From Verrucomicrobiota bacterium (lineage in GTDB: Bacteria > Verrucomicrobiota > Verrucomicrobiia > Limisphaerales > UBA9464), in NCBI GenBank assembly GCA_043732975.1, contig JAYTHD010000138.1, forward strand, positions 1 through 37,326: a stretch of 37,326 bases of DNA. Reading direction: 5' to 3'. A program made the position numbers and the translations under genes. Positions 27,530 to 35,200 of this stretch are shown in pieces (within the stretch, counting starts at the first letter, position 1; every line of letters begins with the position of its first letter). The notes under the pieces were generated by a model. The model was not told the origin of the DNA. It made no database searches and worked only from the letters and a program-made list of their open reading frames with translations.

Positions 27530-28672
27530 ATGACGCACCCGTCTGGCATCGGCTCTCGGTCCAACGGGAGGTTTCGTCACCTATCGGCCTGGGCGCGTTC
27601 CTTCGCTGTCGCCCTCGCCGCCGTGCTCGGTTTGCGCGCGACCGCCGCCCTCAGCGGGGCCTCGCCGGAGATCCAGCGGGAGTTCATTTACGATTCTCCG
27701 CCGCCCACACCTGAGTGCCACGCCTCGACGGTGTGCGAAACGAAAGGCGCGCTAACGGCGGCCTGGTTTGGCGGCACTCGCGAGAAGGCGCCTGATGTGG
27801 GCATCTGGTTCAGTCGTCGTGAGGGATCCGGTCCGGCCGCCGTCTGGAGTCCTCCGGTGGAACTTTTCAACGGCGTGGGTGCCGGCACGAAGGGCACACG
27901 TCTCCCCTGCTGGAATCCCGTCCTGCAGCGCAGTGGTGACGAGGCCCTGACGCTCTACTACAAGGTCGGTCCCAGCCCCGATACCTGGTGGGGCATGCGG
28001 GCGATCAGTTCGGACGGCGGACGCACCTGGACCGCACCGGAGCGACTGCCCGCGCCGCATCTGGGTCCCATCAAGAACAAGGCGGTGCGCACCAGCGATA
28101 ACTTCCTGCTCTTTCCCTCCAGTACCGAAAACGCCGGCTGGCGGGTGCAGTTCGAACGTTTCTCCCCGTCGCGCAATGTCTGGCAGTACCCGGACGCCGT
28201 GTCCGACCCCGCCAACCTGCAGGGTATCCAACCGACCGTGTTGACCGCCGCCAACGGGGAACTCATCGCACTGGGACGCACGCGCAAGGCGGGAGCCATT
28301 TTTCGAACGGTTTCGAACGACCAAGGCATCACCTGGACACCCCTCGCCACGATCGGAATGCCCAATCCCAACTCGGGGATTGATGCCGTGACGCTGGCGG
28401 ATCAACGCCATGTCCTGGTCTATAACCACACCCGCTCCGGCCGTTCGCCGTTAAACGTCGCCGTCAGTACGGGGGACGCCACCCAATGGTCAGCGGTGCA
28501 TGTCCTGGAAACGCAGGCCGGCGAGTACAGCTATCCGGCCGTGATCCAGACTTCCGACGGCCTGGTGCATATCGTTTACACGTGGCATCGGACCCGCATT
28601 CGCCAGGTGGTCCTGGATCCAAAGAAATTCAAGCCAGTGCCCATTGTCGACGGACGATGGCCCGCACCGTGA
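27530..28672 (+). CDS. BNR-repeat exo-alpha-sialidase-like protein (COG4692-type predicted neuraminidase), secreted
   Basis: Signal peptide. CHASTVCE...AAWFGGTREKAPDVGIW, CWNPVL, and BNR motifs SSDGGRTWT and SNDQGITWT. 380 aa. Confidence 0.85.
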   Translation: MTHPSGIGSRSNGRFRHLSAWARSFAVALAAVLGLRATAALSGASPEIQREFIYDSPPPTPECHASTVCETKGALTAAWFGGTREKAPDVGIWFSRREGSGPAAVWSPPVELFNGVGAGTKGTRLPCWNPVLQRSGDEALTLYYKVGPSPDTWWGMRAISSDGGRTWTAPERLPAPHLGPIKNKAVRTSDNFLLFPSSTENAGWRVQFERFSPSRNVWQYPDAVSDPANLQGIQPTVLTAANGELIALGRTRKAGAIFRTVSNDQGITWTPLATIGMPNPNSGIDAVTLADQRHVLVYNHTRSGRSPLNVAVSTGDATQWSAVHVLETQAGEYSYPAVIQTSDGLVHIVYTWHRTRIRQVVLDPKKFKPVPIVDGRWPAP

Positions 28673-28694
28673 TTTCCCTCCGGATTCCGGCGGC

Positions 28695-29753
28695 TTAATT
28701 GGGCAGCAGTCGGGGCGTTTCGATTGGCGTACGCGGCGCCGGCAGTAAATCGTCCCCCCCGGTTTCCTTCCGCAAAAGGCTTCGTTCCAATCGCGCCTTC
28801 AATTCCGCATGTTCGGGTCGGGTCACCTCCGCCAGGCTGGCGCGGGCTTCGTCCCAGCGTCCGAGCTTGATCTGCCAGCGGGCGAAGTGGATGAAAACGC
28901 CTTCGCGATCCGTCTCATTGTTCGCGACCGCCAAGGCATCCCGCCAAGCTTGGATCGCCCGCTCGGCCAACCGGAGTTCCGCCGCTTTCCAACCCTCCGG
29001 TGTCGACGCCGGCTCGGGCTTCACGCCGTAAAAAGTCTGGGCATAATCAAAGGCATACCGGAAATCGCGCGGGGCCAGTCGCCGGCATTCCCGGTACTCG
29101 CTCAAGGCCCTTTCAAACACCGCGTTCTCGTCGCAATGGAAGTATTCCTTCGCGTCCTTCCGATACAGGAAGACCACCGTGCCATAGTTGTAATGATACA
29201 CCGGCTCAAACGGCCGGAAGGCGATGGCCTGTTCATAGGCGTGAAAGGCGTTGGTGATCGGACCGACATGCGTATAATGGTGCGCATAATTGTTCCAGCC
29301 CGCCGGGTTTTTGGGATCCAATTTCAAGGCGATCCCCAGATGCTCGAGGACCTCGTTGTCATCCCCGTGCTCCTCCAAATGGTCGGCATAGGCGAGATGC
29401 GCCCGGACGTGTTCGGGATGCTTCTTGAGGAATTCCTCGTAACGGGCGCGCGTCTGGTTGATGACCGATAGCAGTTGGACCCGGCCCGCCTCACGGGTGG
29501 CGTCGGGTGAAGGACTGCGCGCCGGATCTGGAGCGGGCCCCACCGTGGCGATTCGTTCGATTTCCGCCTCTCCGAGATCGTCCCGCCGAAGGACCTCCTG
29601 AAATTCGATTTCCGTCGGATCGTGAGGATCCACCGTCGGCGCGCCGCCCAGCGCCGCGAAAGGCGCCAGCCTGTCCACCACCAAATTGGAGACCGCCGCC
29701 GGCGGATTGGTGGACAGCAACAGGCTCAATGCGCCCAAGAGAAATTCGCTCAT
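28695..29753 (-). CDS. TPR-repeat protein with N-terminal signal/anchor
   Basis: From ATG 29753: MSEFLLGALSLLLSTNPPAAVS. The helical-repeat body has TPR-like A/Y/W spacing (AHLAYADHLEEHGD, AGWNNYAHHY, AFHAYEQAIAFRP, YAFDYAQTFY). Confidence 0.7.
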   Translation of the reverse strand: MSEFLLGALSLLLSTNPPAAVSNLVVDRLAPFAALGGAPTVDPHDPTEIEFQEVLRRDDLGEAEIERIATVGPAPDPARSPSPDATREAGRVQLLSVINQTRARYEEFLKKHPEHVRAHLAYADHLEEHGDDNEVLEHLGIALKLDPKNPAGWNNYAHHYTHVGPITNAFHAYEQAIAFRPFEPVYHYNYGTVVFLYRKDAKEYFHCDENAVFERALSEYRECRRLAPRDFRYAFDYAQTFYGVKPEPASTPEGWKAAELRLAERAIQAWRDALAVANNETDREGVFIHFARWQIKLGRWDEARASLAEVTRPEHAELKARLERSLLRKETGGDDLLPAPRTPIETPRLLPN

Positions 29754-30183
29754 AACCCACTTCAGCTTCGCAGAAGATGCCACTTTCGAAAGGCGGGATT
29801 CCAATCCGGATTCACAAGAGGCAATGGGGCCAAACATTGACGGTCGACAATCAAGTTGAACTTGGAGATTCCGCAGGTCTGGCGCGACGGAGGAAAGCGC
29901 TCAGGGGCAGGTGAATTCCCGCCCGAACGTTGCGCCCCACCTCAAGCCCTCTTCAATTCGGTCACCATGTAGAATGTCAATGTTTGAACCCATTGCCTTT
30001 TCTTCGGCTGGCCATCAATCAACCCCAAAAGATACTCACACCGCGTGGCCATCGGGTTGCTTCTTGCCGTGTGTTTCCTCGTGCAGGTAAGGGACTGGTA
30101 TCCGCTCCGCTGGTTGGCTCGGAGTCTTTGCTCCTTGCGGTCGCCTTGGTGCCGGGGCATTTAACCAATCAGTCTTAGGGTCA

Positions 30184-30759
30184 TCAGTTCCTGTGGAACG
30201 CCTCCGGAAATTCGCTCCGCATTTGCCTTCCGATTTCCCGTTCGCATTTCGGCTCCACCACCAACCACTCTCTGGGGATCCGCGGGTCGGTGATCACGGC
30301 ATAACCGAGGTCGGAAATGATCTTTCGGGCCGCGCGCCCGGTCTCTTGAATCTCGGATGGCTGCCGACGATGGACGATCTGGACCTCGAGGACATCGATG
30401 CCGAGACGTCGCGTGATTTCAAAAAGGTTCTCGGCATGGATATTGACCGCCCTCCAAATGGCCTGCTCCTCTATCCCGCCAGGAACTGTCGGCGGATGAA
30501 TTTCGCGAAACTCCAGCGTATTTCCGTGCTTCCACGGCAGTGGCGTGGTGCGGTTAAACGCCATGGTAGTCATGCTTTGCTTGGTCTTGGAAAGCGCAAT
30601 TAGTTTTCGCTCGTAAGCCAACTTGGCCAGCTCGGGCATGGTGGCCGACTGACTCGCGGTGCCACCAACCGGAGCGCTCTCGCGGACCGTTTTTGAATCA
30701 CAGGAAGCACCGCCCACGAGGGCTGCCAACAGTACCGCTATAATCACCATGTTTTGCAT
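30184..30759 (-). CDS. lipoprotein, hypothetical
   Basis: MQNMVIIAVLLAALVGGASC signal peptide plus lipobox. 191 aa, no family recognised. Lies in the lower-GC region. Confidence 0.6.
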   Translation of the reverse strand: MQNMVIIAVLLAALVGGASCDSKTVRESAPVGGTASQSATMPELAKLAYERKLIALSKTKQSMTTMAFNRTTPLPWKHGNTLEFREIHPPTVPGGIEEQAIWRAVNIHAENLFEITRRLGIDVLEVQIVHRRQPSEIQETGRAARKIISDLGYAVITDPRIPREWLVVEPKCEREIGRQMRSEFPEAFHRN

Positions 30760-30977
30760 ATCCCCAAGGCCTCACCGGCTCGCGCCCTCAACGCTCTATA
30801 TTCACCGCACCCGGCGCCACGGCTTGCCCGTGGCAGGCCTGTACGGCAGGACACCTCTACCACATGATCAACTTCTCGACAATCCCTGTTCCACCCCAAT
30901 TCCGGCACTCATAGGCTTCAGTTGAATTGGACCCACATCATCTTGCGCGCAGCCTCGCCCCTTCCGGGTGCAACAGT

Positions 30978-31006
30978 TCCTTCTCCGCGGAGCATCGAGA
31001 AGCCAC
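30978..31006 (+). repeat. short repeat S1 (core motif TTCCGCGGAGCrYCGAGAAGC)
   Basis: ttccttctccgcggagcatcgagaagcca. The same core occurs at 31341-31370, 32016-32046 and 32247-32275, all in the same orientation. Confidence 0.65.
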
Positions 31007-31194
31007 ATTTCTGCCCCTTAATTCCACGCCGACACCAAATCCGAGACGGCCTACCTCCGCGAAACCCCGGAGGTAAACGAAAGCGGCGACTTGGTGGTGC
31101 TCCCGCCACCGCTAAGCCCAGCTTCCCGCCTCGCTCATCCGGGCCGAACGCGAGCAAGGCTGAGCGGATCGACGTCGAGGCTAGCCAACCCACC

Positions 31195-31378
31195 CAGAGG
31201 CCGCCCCACGCCCGTCGCGATTATCACCAATCCAAGACCCAAATAGTCTGCGGGTCCTCAAAAGCATTTGCGGCGCCGGCTCCATCGCCGCAGTCTGCCG
31301 GCAAATGCTCCCTTCCGCGAATGGCAAATCTCCCTTTCCGCGGAGCGCCGAGAAGCAAATTATTATCACTAACATTTC
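31195..31378 (+). repeat. long repeat R1 (about 140-bp high-identity core from 31239, weaker similarity upstream)
   Basis: Direct repeat of 32105-32295. The 47-nt block gcgggtcctcaaaagcatttgcggcgccggctccatcgccgca is identical in both copies. It contains the hairpin tgcggcg-N10-cgccgca and the S core motif. Confidence 0.85.
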
Positions 31379-31592
31379 ATAGGTCTGTCCTAACTTGGGG
31401 GCCATTTCGGGGTGGGGTGGGCGGGGATTTGGGCACTTGACCCGTCCCTTTGTGTTTGGCCGGATTGGAAAACCAAGTGACCGACAATTTGCAGTTACCC
31501 AAGCGCCCTTTGCGCGAAAATAATCAGCACACCTGCCTCTTGACGGCGAATACCCTTGCACGAGTTCCCGGACAGCGGGTACGGTCGTTTAC

Positions 31593-31895
31593 GTGCACAG
31601 GAAACCGACCTGGATCTTCGCTGCGGGCCTCCTGTTGCTATTGCTATTCGTCGTCACGGCAAGTCATCGGCCTCGGCCGTCTTGGATTTCCTATCCTTCG
31701 CCAGAGCTCAAATGGGCGATGTGGCAGTCAGTCCTGATCGGTGCTGGTTGGGTCACCTATCATCTGCGAAGGCGCAGCAGTCCCGGATTGGAATCCTGGC
31801 TGCGGGCGGAATCCTGGCTGCGGGCGTTTTTGATTCCCGTTTTGCTGCTATTGGCTGCGATTTTGATCGCCTACTTTATTGAGAATTTGTTTTGA
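31593..31895 (+). CDS. possible small membrane protein (100 aa, about 3 TM), hypothetical
   Basis: GTG start. WIFAAGLLLLLLFVV, WQSVLIGAGWVTY and FLIPVLLLLAAILIAYFI are hydrophobic segments. It contains the in-frame duplicated hexapeptide ESWLRA. Bracketed by the S/R repeat modules. No homolog recognised. Confidence 0.4.
   Translation: MHRKPTWIFAAGLLLLLLFVVTASHRPRPSWISYPSPELKWAMWQSVLIGAGWVTYHLRRRSSPGLESWLRAESWLRAFLIPVLLLLAAILIAYFIENLF
31790..31825 (+). repeat. perfect 18-bp tandem duplication (ggaatcctggctgcgggc x2)
   Basis: Units at 31790-31807 and 31808-31825 are identical and in frame with the small ORF. Confidence 0.95.
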
Positions 31896-32015
31896 TGTTG
31901 GTGCGATCCGCTTTCCGGGACCGGGACTGAAGCCGGGGCACGGTGTTGTCGGTGACGCTCTGACGTCGTTTGGCAAAGGTCGTAGGCGATTTTAACGGGC
32001 GAAGGGCATCACTAA

Positions 32016-32046
32016 TTCCTTTTCCGCGGAGCGCCGAGAAAGCAAA
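32016..32046 (+). repeat. short repeat S2
   Basis: ttccttttccgcggagcgccgagaaagcaaa, which carries the same core as S1 and as the cores inside R1 and R2. Confidence 0.65.
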
Positions 32047-32104
32047 CTCCTATCAGTAAATCTTGAAGCTTGGCCCCGTGGAAAACGATGCCGCAGGCGC
32101 CTTC

Positions 32105-32295
32105 GCCGACGTCCCGCCGCCCGCCGCCCGCTGCCCGATTTCGCCCACGCCACCACCCAAATGGTCCGCGGGTCCTCAAAAGCATTTGCGGCGCCGGCTC
32201 CATCGCCGCAACCTGCCTTCAAATGTACCAATCCGCGAAAGCAAATCTCCCTTTCCGCGGAGCATCGAGAAAGCATATTCTTATCAATATTCCTG
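32105..32295 (+). repeat. long repeat R2, ending 5 nt before the ATG of the giant ORF
   Basis: Aligns with 31195-31378. The core 32156-32295 is roughly nine-tenths identical to 31239-31378 by hand alignment. Confidence 0.85.
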
Positions 32296-32299
32296 GACA

Positions 32300-35200
32300 A
32301 TGAAGGCGAAGCTTGATTCTCCAGGTGAAGGGCTGAATTCATACCATCGTGAGGAGGGGCATTCTCCCATTGAAGAGGAACCAAGTGAACGTGGGCTGAC
32401 TGCCGCAACCTATCCCAAAAGTCGATTGTCTCCGGTCGGATGGCAAGCGAGGTTTTGGGCTGGAGCGATGATTCTATGGCAGGCGTGCGGCCTATCCCTT
32501 TTAGGCCAGCCCGTCGGCTGGCAAGGCCTTGACATTGGCAACGCCGACGTTAGCGGAAGCGAGAGCTACGTCGGCGGAGTGTGGACCATTACGGGAGCCG
32601 GTGCCGGTCTCTTCGGCAATTTCCATTACAATGCTCCCGATTCCGCTCACTACACCTATAGAGAAGCTTCGGGCGATGTCGAGATTGTGGCCAGGTTGGT
32701 CAGCATTTCCGGGGCGCCGCGCTCAGAGGTGGGGCTGATGTTGCGGGCGTCGACGGATGGGACAGCCGACATGGCTGCTGTCATGTTCGAGTACCAGTTT
32801 TATGATCTCAACAATTCCGACCCGAATTACCAGAACTTTGTGATTCAGTCGAACCGCCGCCTGGGGTTTTCATCGAACCCTTGGATCTACGACAACTACG
32901 TGGGCACAGCCCCACCAGTGAGCCCGCCGATTTGGCTAAAACTGATTCGCGTGGGCAACGACTATTCCGTGGCACGCTCGGAAGATGGGATCACATGGAC
33001 GTCCGTGGCCGATTACGGCGGGGACGCTTTTTTGGCCAGCGGCACGTTTGACATTGGCTTGTACGTCAGTAGTGGAGCAGCCGGGCAGTTAGCCACCGCG
33101 GTTTTCGACAACATCTACATCGGTCCACCGCGGCTCGCTTATCGGACGACTTGGGTGGGTAATTCGTTCAGCAGCTCCTCGGCACGATACGTTTCAGGCA
33201 ACCTGGCCGCGCTCTATGTGTCGCCGGACGGGACCTGCTACACCAATTCGGCCTACGATGAGGGTGGCGAAGCGGCCAAGATCTACAAAGACGGGCGGGT
33301 CGTCCGCAGTTTTACAGATAATGGGTTCTTCGGAAACAATGGTGTATCGGAAGGTTCAGTGACCGGAGACAGCCAATTCATTTACATTTTGGGTAATCGG
33401 GGCCTGCCATACCGGACGGACCTCCAGGGGAACAACATCCAACCAGTCACCCTGGGTACAGGGACGGGTCGCATCGGGGGCATGGCTGTCGGCAACGGGG
33501 AAATCTACTTCTCGGACGTGGATAACAATGTCATCCGCGTGGCGAGCGCGACCACGTTAACCGAGATACCTGACCGGGTATTCCCGTTCACGAGGCCTGG
33601 CCAGATGGCAGTGGATAGTCGTGGTGATTTGTGGATCATCCAGCGCGCCACCGACTACCCTAACAGCCTCGTTTTTCGTGCGCAGTATACGGCCGCTATA
33701 GTGTGTTATCATCCAGACGGCACATTCACGGGCAAACAGATTAGCGACATGGTGAATCCCGCAGCCTTGTGCTGGGATTCGCATGAGGACAGATTGCTGG
33801 TTTGCGAGAACGGACCAGACCAGAACATCCGCATCTATAATGGTCTGGCGACCGCTCCAGCCCTGAGCGGTACAATCGGGAGCACCGGCGGGCTATTCGC
33901 GGGAGGCGTGCCAGGGTTGCTCAACGATCCGAACGCAGGTGGCTACTTGCGGCTCTACGGCCCCAATGGGGTGGGGATGGATTCTGGGAGCAACATTTAT
34001 GTGTCCTGCAGTGGGGGTGGTTCGCACCTGCGCAAATTCGATCCTGCCGGCAACCTGGTGTGGAGCCTCTCGGGGCTGGAGTTTGTCAACTGCGGGGACT
34101 TCGATCCCGCCAGCGATGGTCAGGACGTTTACGAAGTGGACAAGCACATCCGACTGGACCTCTCTCAGAGCCCACTCGCCAGCGTCCCAGGCAGCGAGTG
34201 GAGTTACACCGGCTTCTCCTGGAACCCATTCGGATCTGAACCCGAGCTGCGCGGGAACCGCAGTACAATCGTCCGTCGGTTCGGTCCCGCCCAAAGCTTG
34301 TTCATGTGGTCGCAGTCGCAGAGTGTGGAGGATAATCAAGGCTATCCGGTCTATCGGTTCATCGGAGAGACGGCCATCCCCTGTGGAAAATTCGTGACCG
34401 GAACTCCAGACCAGAATCATTCCGTTCTTTGGGTGGACATCAACGGCGACCAAGTTCAGTCGCCAGACGAACAACTGACGTACTTGACACCGGGAGTCGG
34501 CTTTGCCAGCGCCTTGGATGTCGGCGCCAGTGGCGATCTTTATGCGCTATTTGCCGCGCATTACGACTGGGCCGCGGGGTTGGGATCCATCTTCCATGTT
34601 AGCTGTCGGGGCGTGTCGGCGTCCGGCGTACCTATCTATAGCGATGCACCTGGAGGCTACGACCAGACAGCCGTGCCGTCGTCAATCGCTTTCCCTAATC
34701 GGATACGCTACGACTCGTCCAGTGACGCGATGTACATTCTTGGGAATGATGCGAACCGGGCCCCCGTTCTGGGCCGATTTGACCAATGGAGCACCGGGAA
34801 CCCTGTCCAGCACTTCCTAATCAAACTTCCCACGCCTGAGACGAGCCCAGACTTTCTGTACTTCCCCCCTGACTATTCCTTTGGCCTGCCGTTTTCTTAT
34901 TTCGCCATGGATGTGGCGGGTGAGGCGGTTTTCGTGGGGGAACTCTGGGGTCCCATTCACGTCTTCAGCGCCGACACGGGCTTGCCGGTCACAATCCTCA
35001 ATCCTGGGCCCGAAGTTTCTGGAATCCAAGGCTGGATAGACATGTGGCATGGCGTGCGGGCATTTCACCGTTCCAACGGTGAATACCTGGTGTTGCGGGA
35101 AGATGCGGGGTATCGAGCGCGGAACTTGTTGTTCCGCTGGCCCCCAATGAACAACGCTGCTCCGAACCGGCCGCCTGTCTGGACTCAGTTCATCACAAAC

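Noticed and set aside
26183-27580. 465-aa minus-strand ORF
   Set aside because: Antisense to glgC, which is unambiguous.
29942-30160. 72-aa basic minus-strand ORF (and overlapping 82-aa plus-strand ORF) between the lipoprotein and TPR genes
   Set aside because: No recognisable motif, no convincing start context and two mutually exclusive ORFs. I considered a transposase or HTH fragment but could not support it. Left as non-coding.
30922-31440. 172-aa plus-strand ORF and the overlapping 126-aa minus-strand ORF (31181-31561); likewise 31992-32408 on the minus strand
   Set aside because: Pro/Arg/Gly-rich translations that simply read across the S/R repeats. The similar peptides (EPAPQMLLRTR...) reflect DNA repeat identity, not conserved proteins.
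30978-32295. Four copies of a conserved core of about 25 nt, considered as a possible CRISPR array
   Set aside because: Spacing is irregular: core starts are about 360, 675 and 230 nt apart. The repeats are embedded in longer homologous blocks, a probable gene lies between them, and no cas genes are present.
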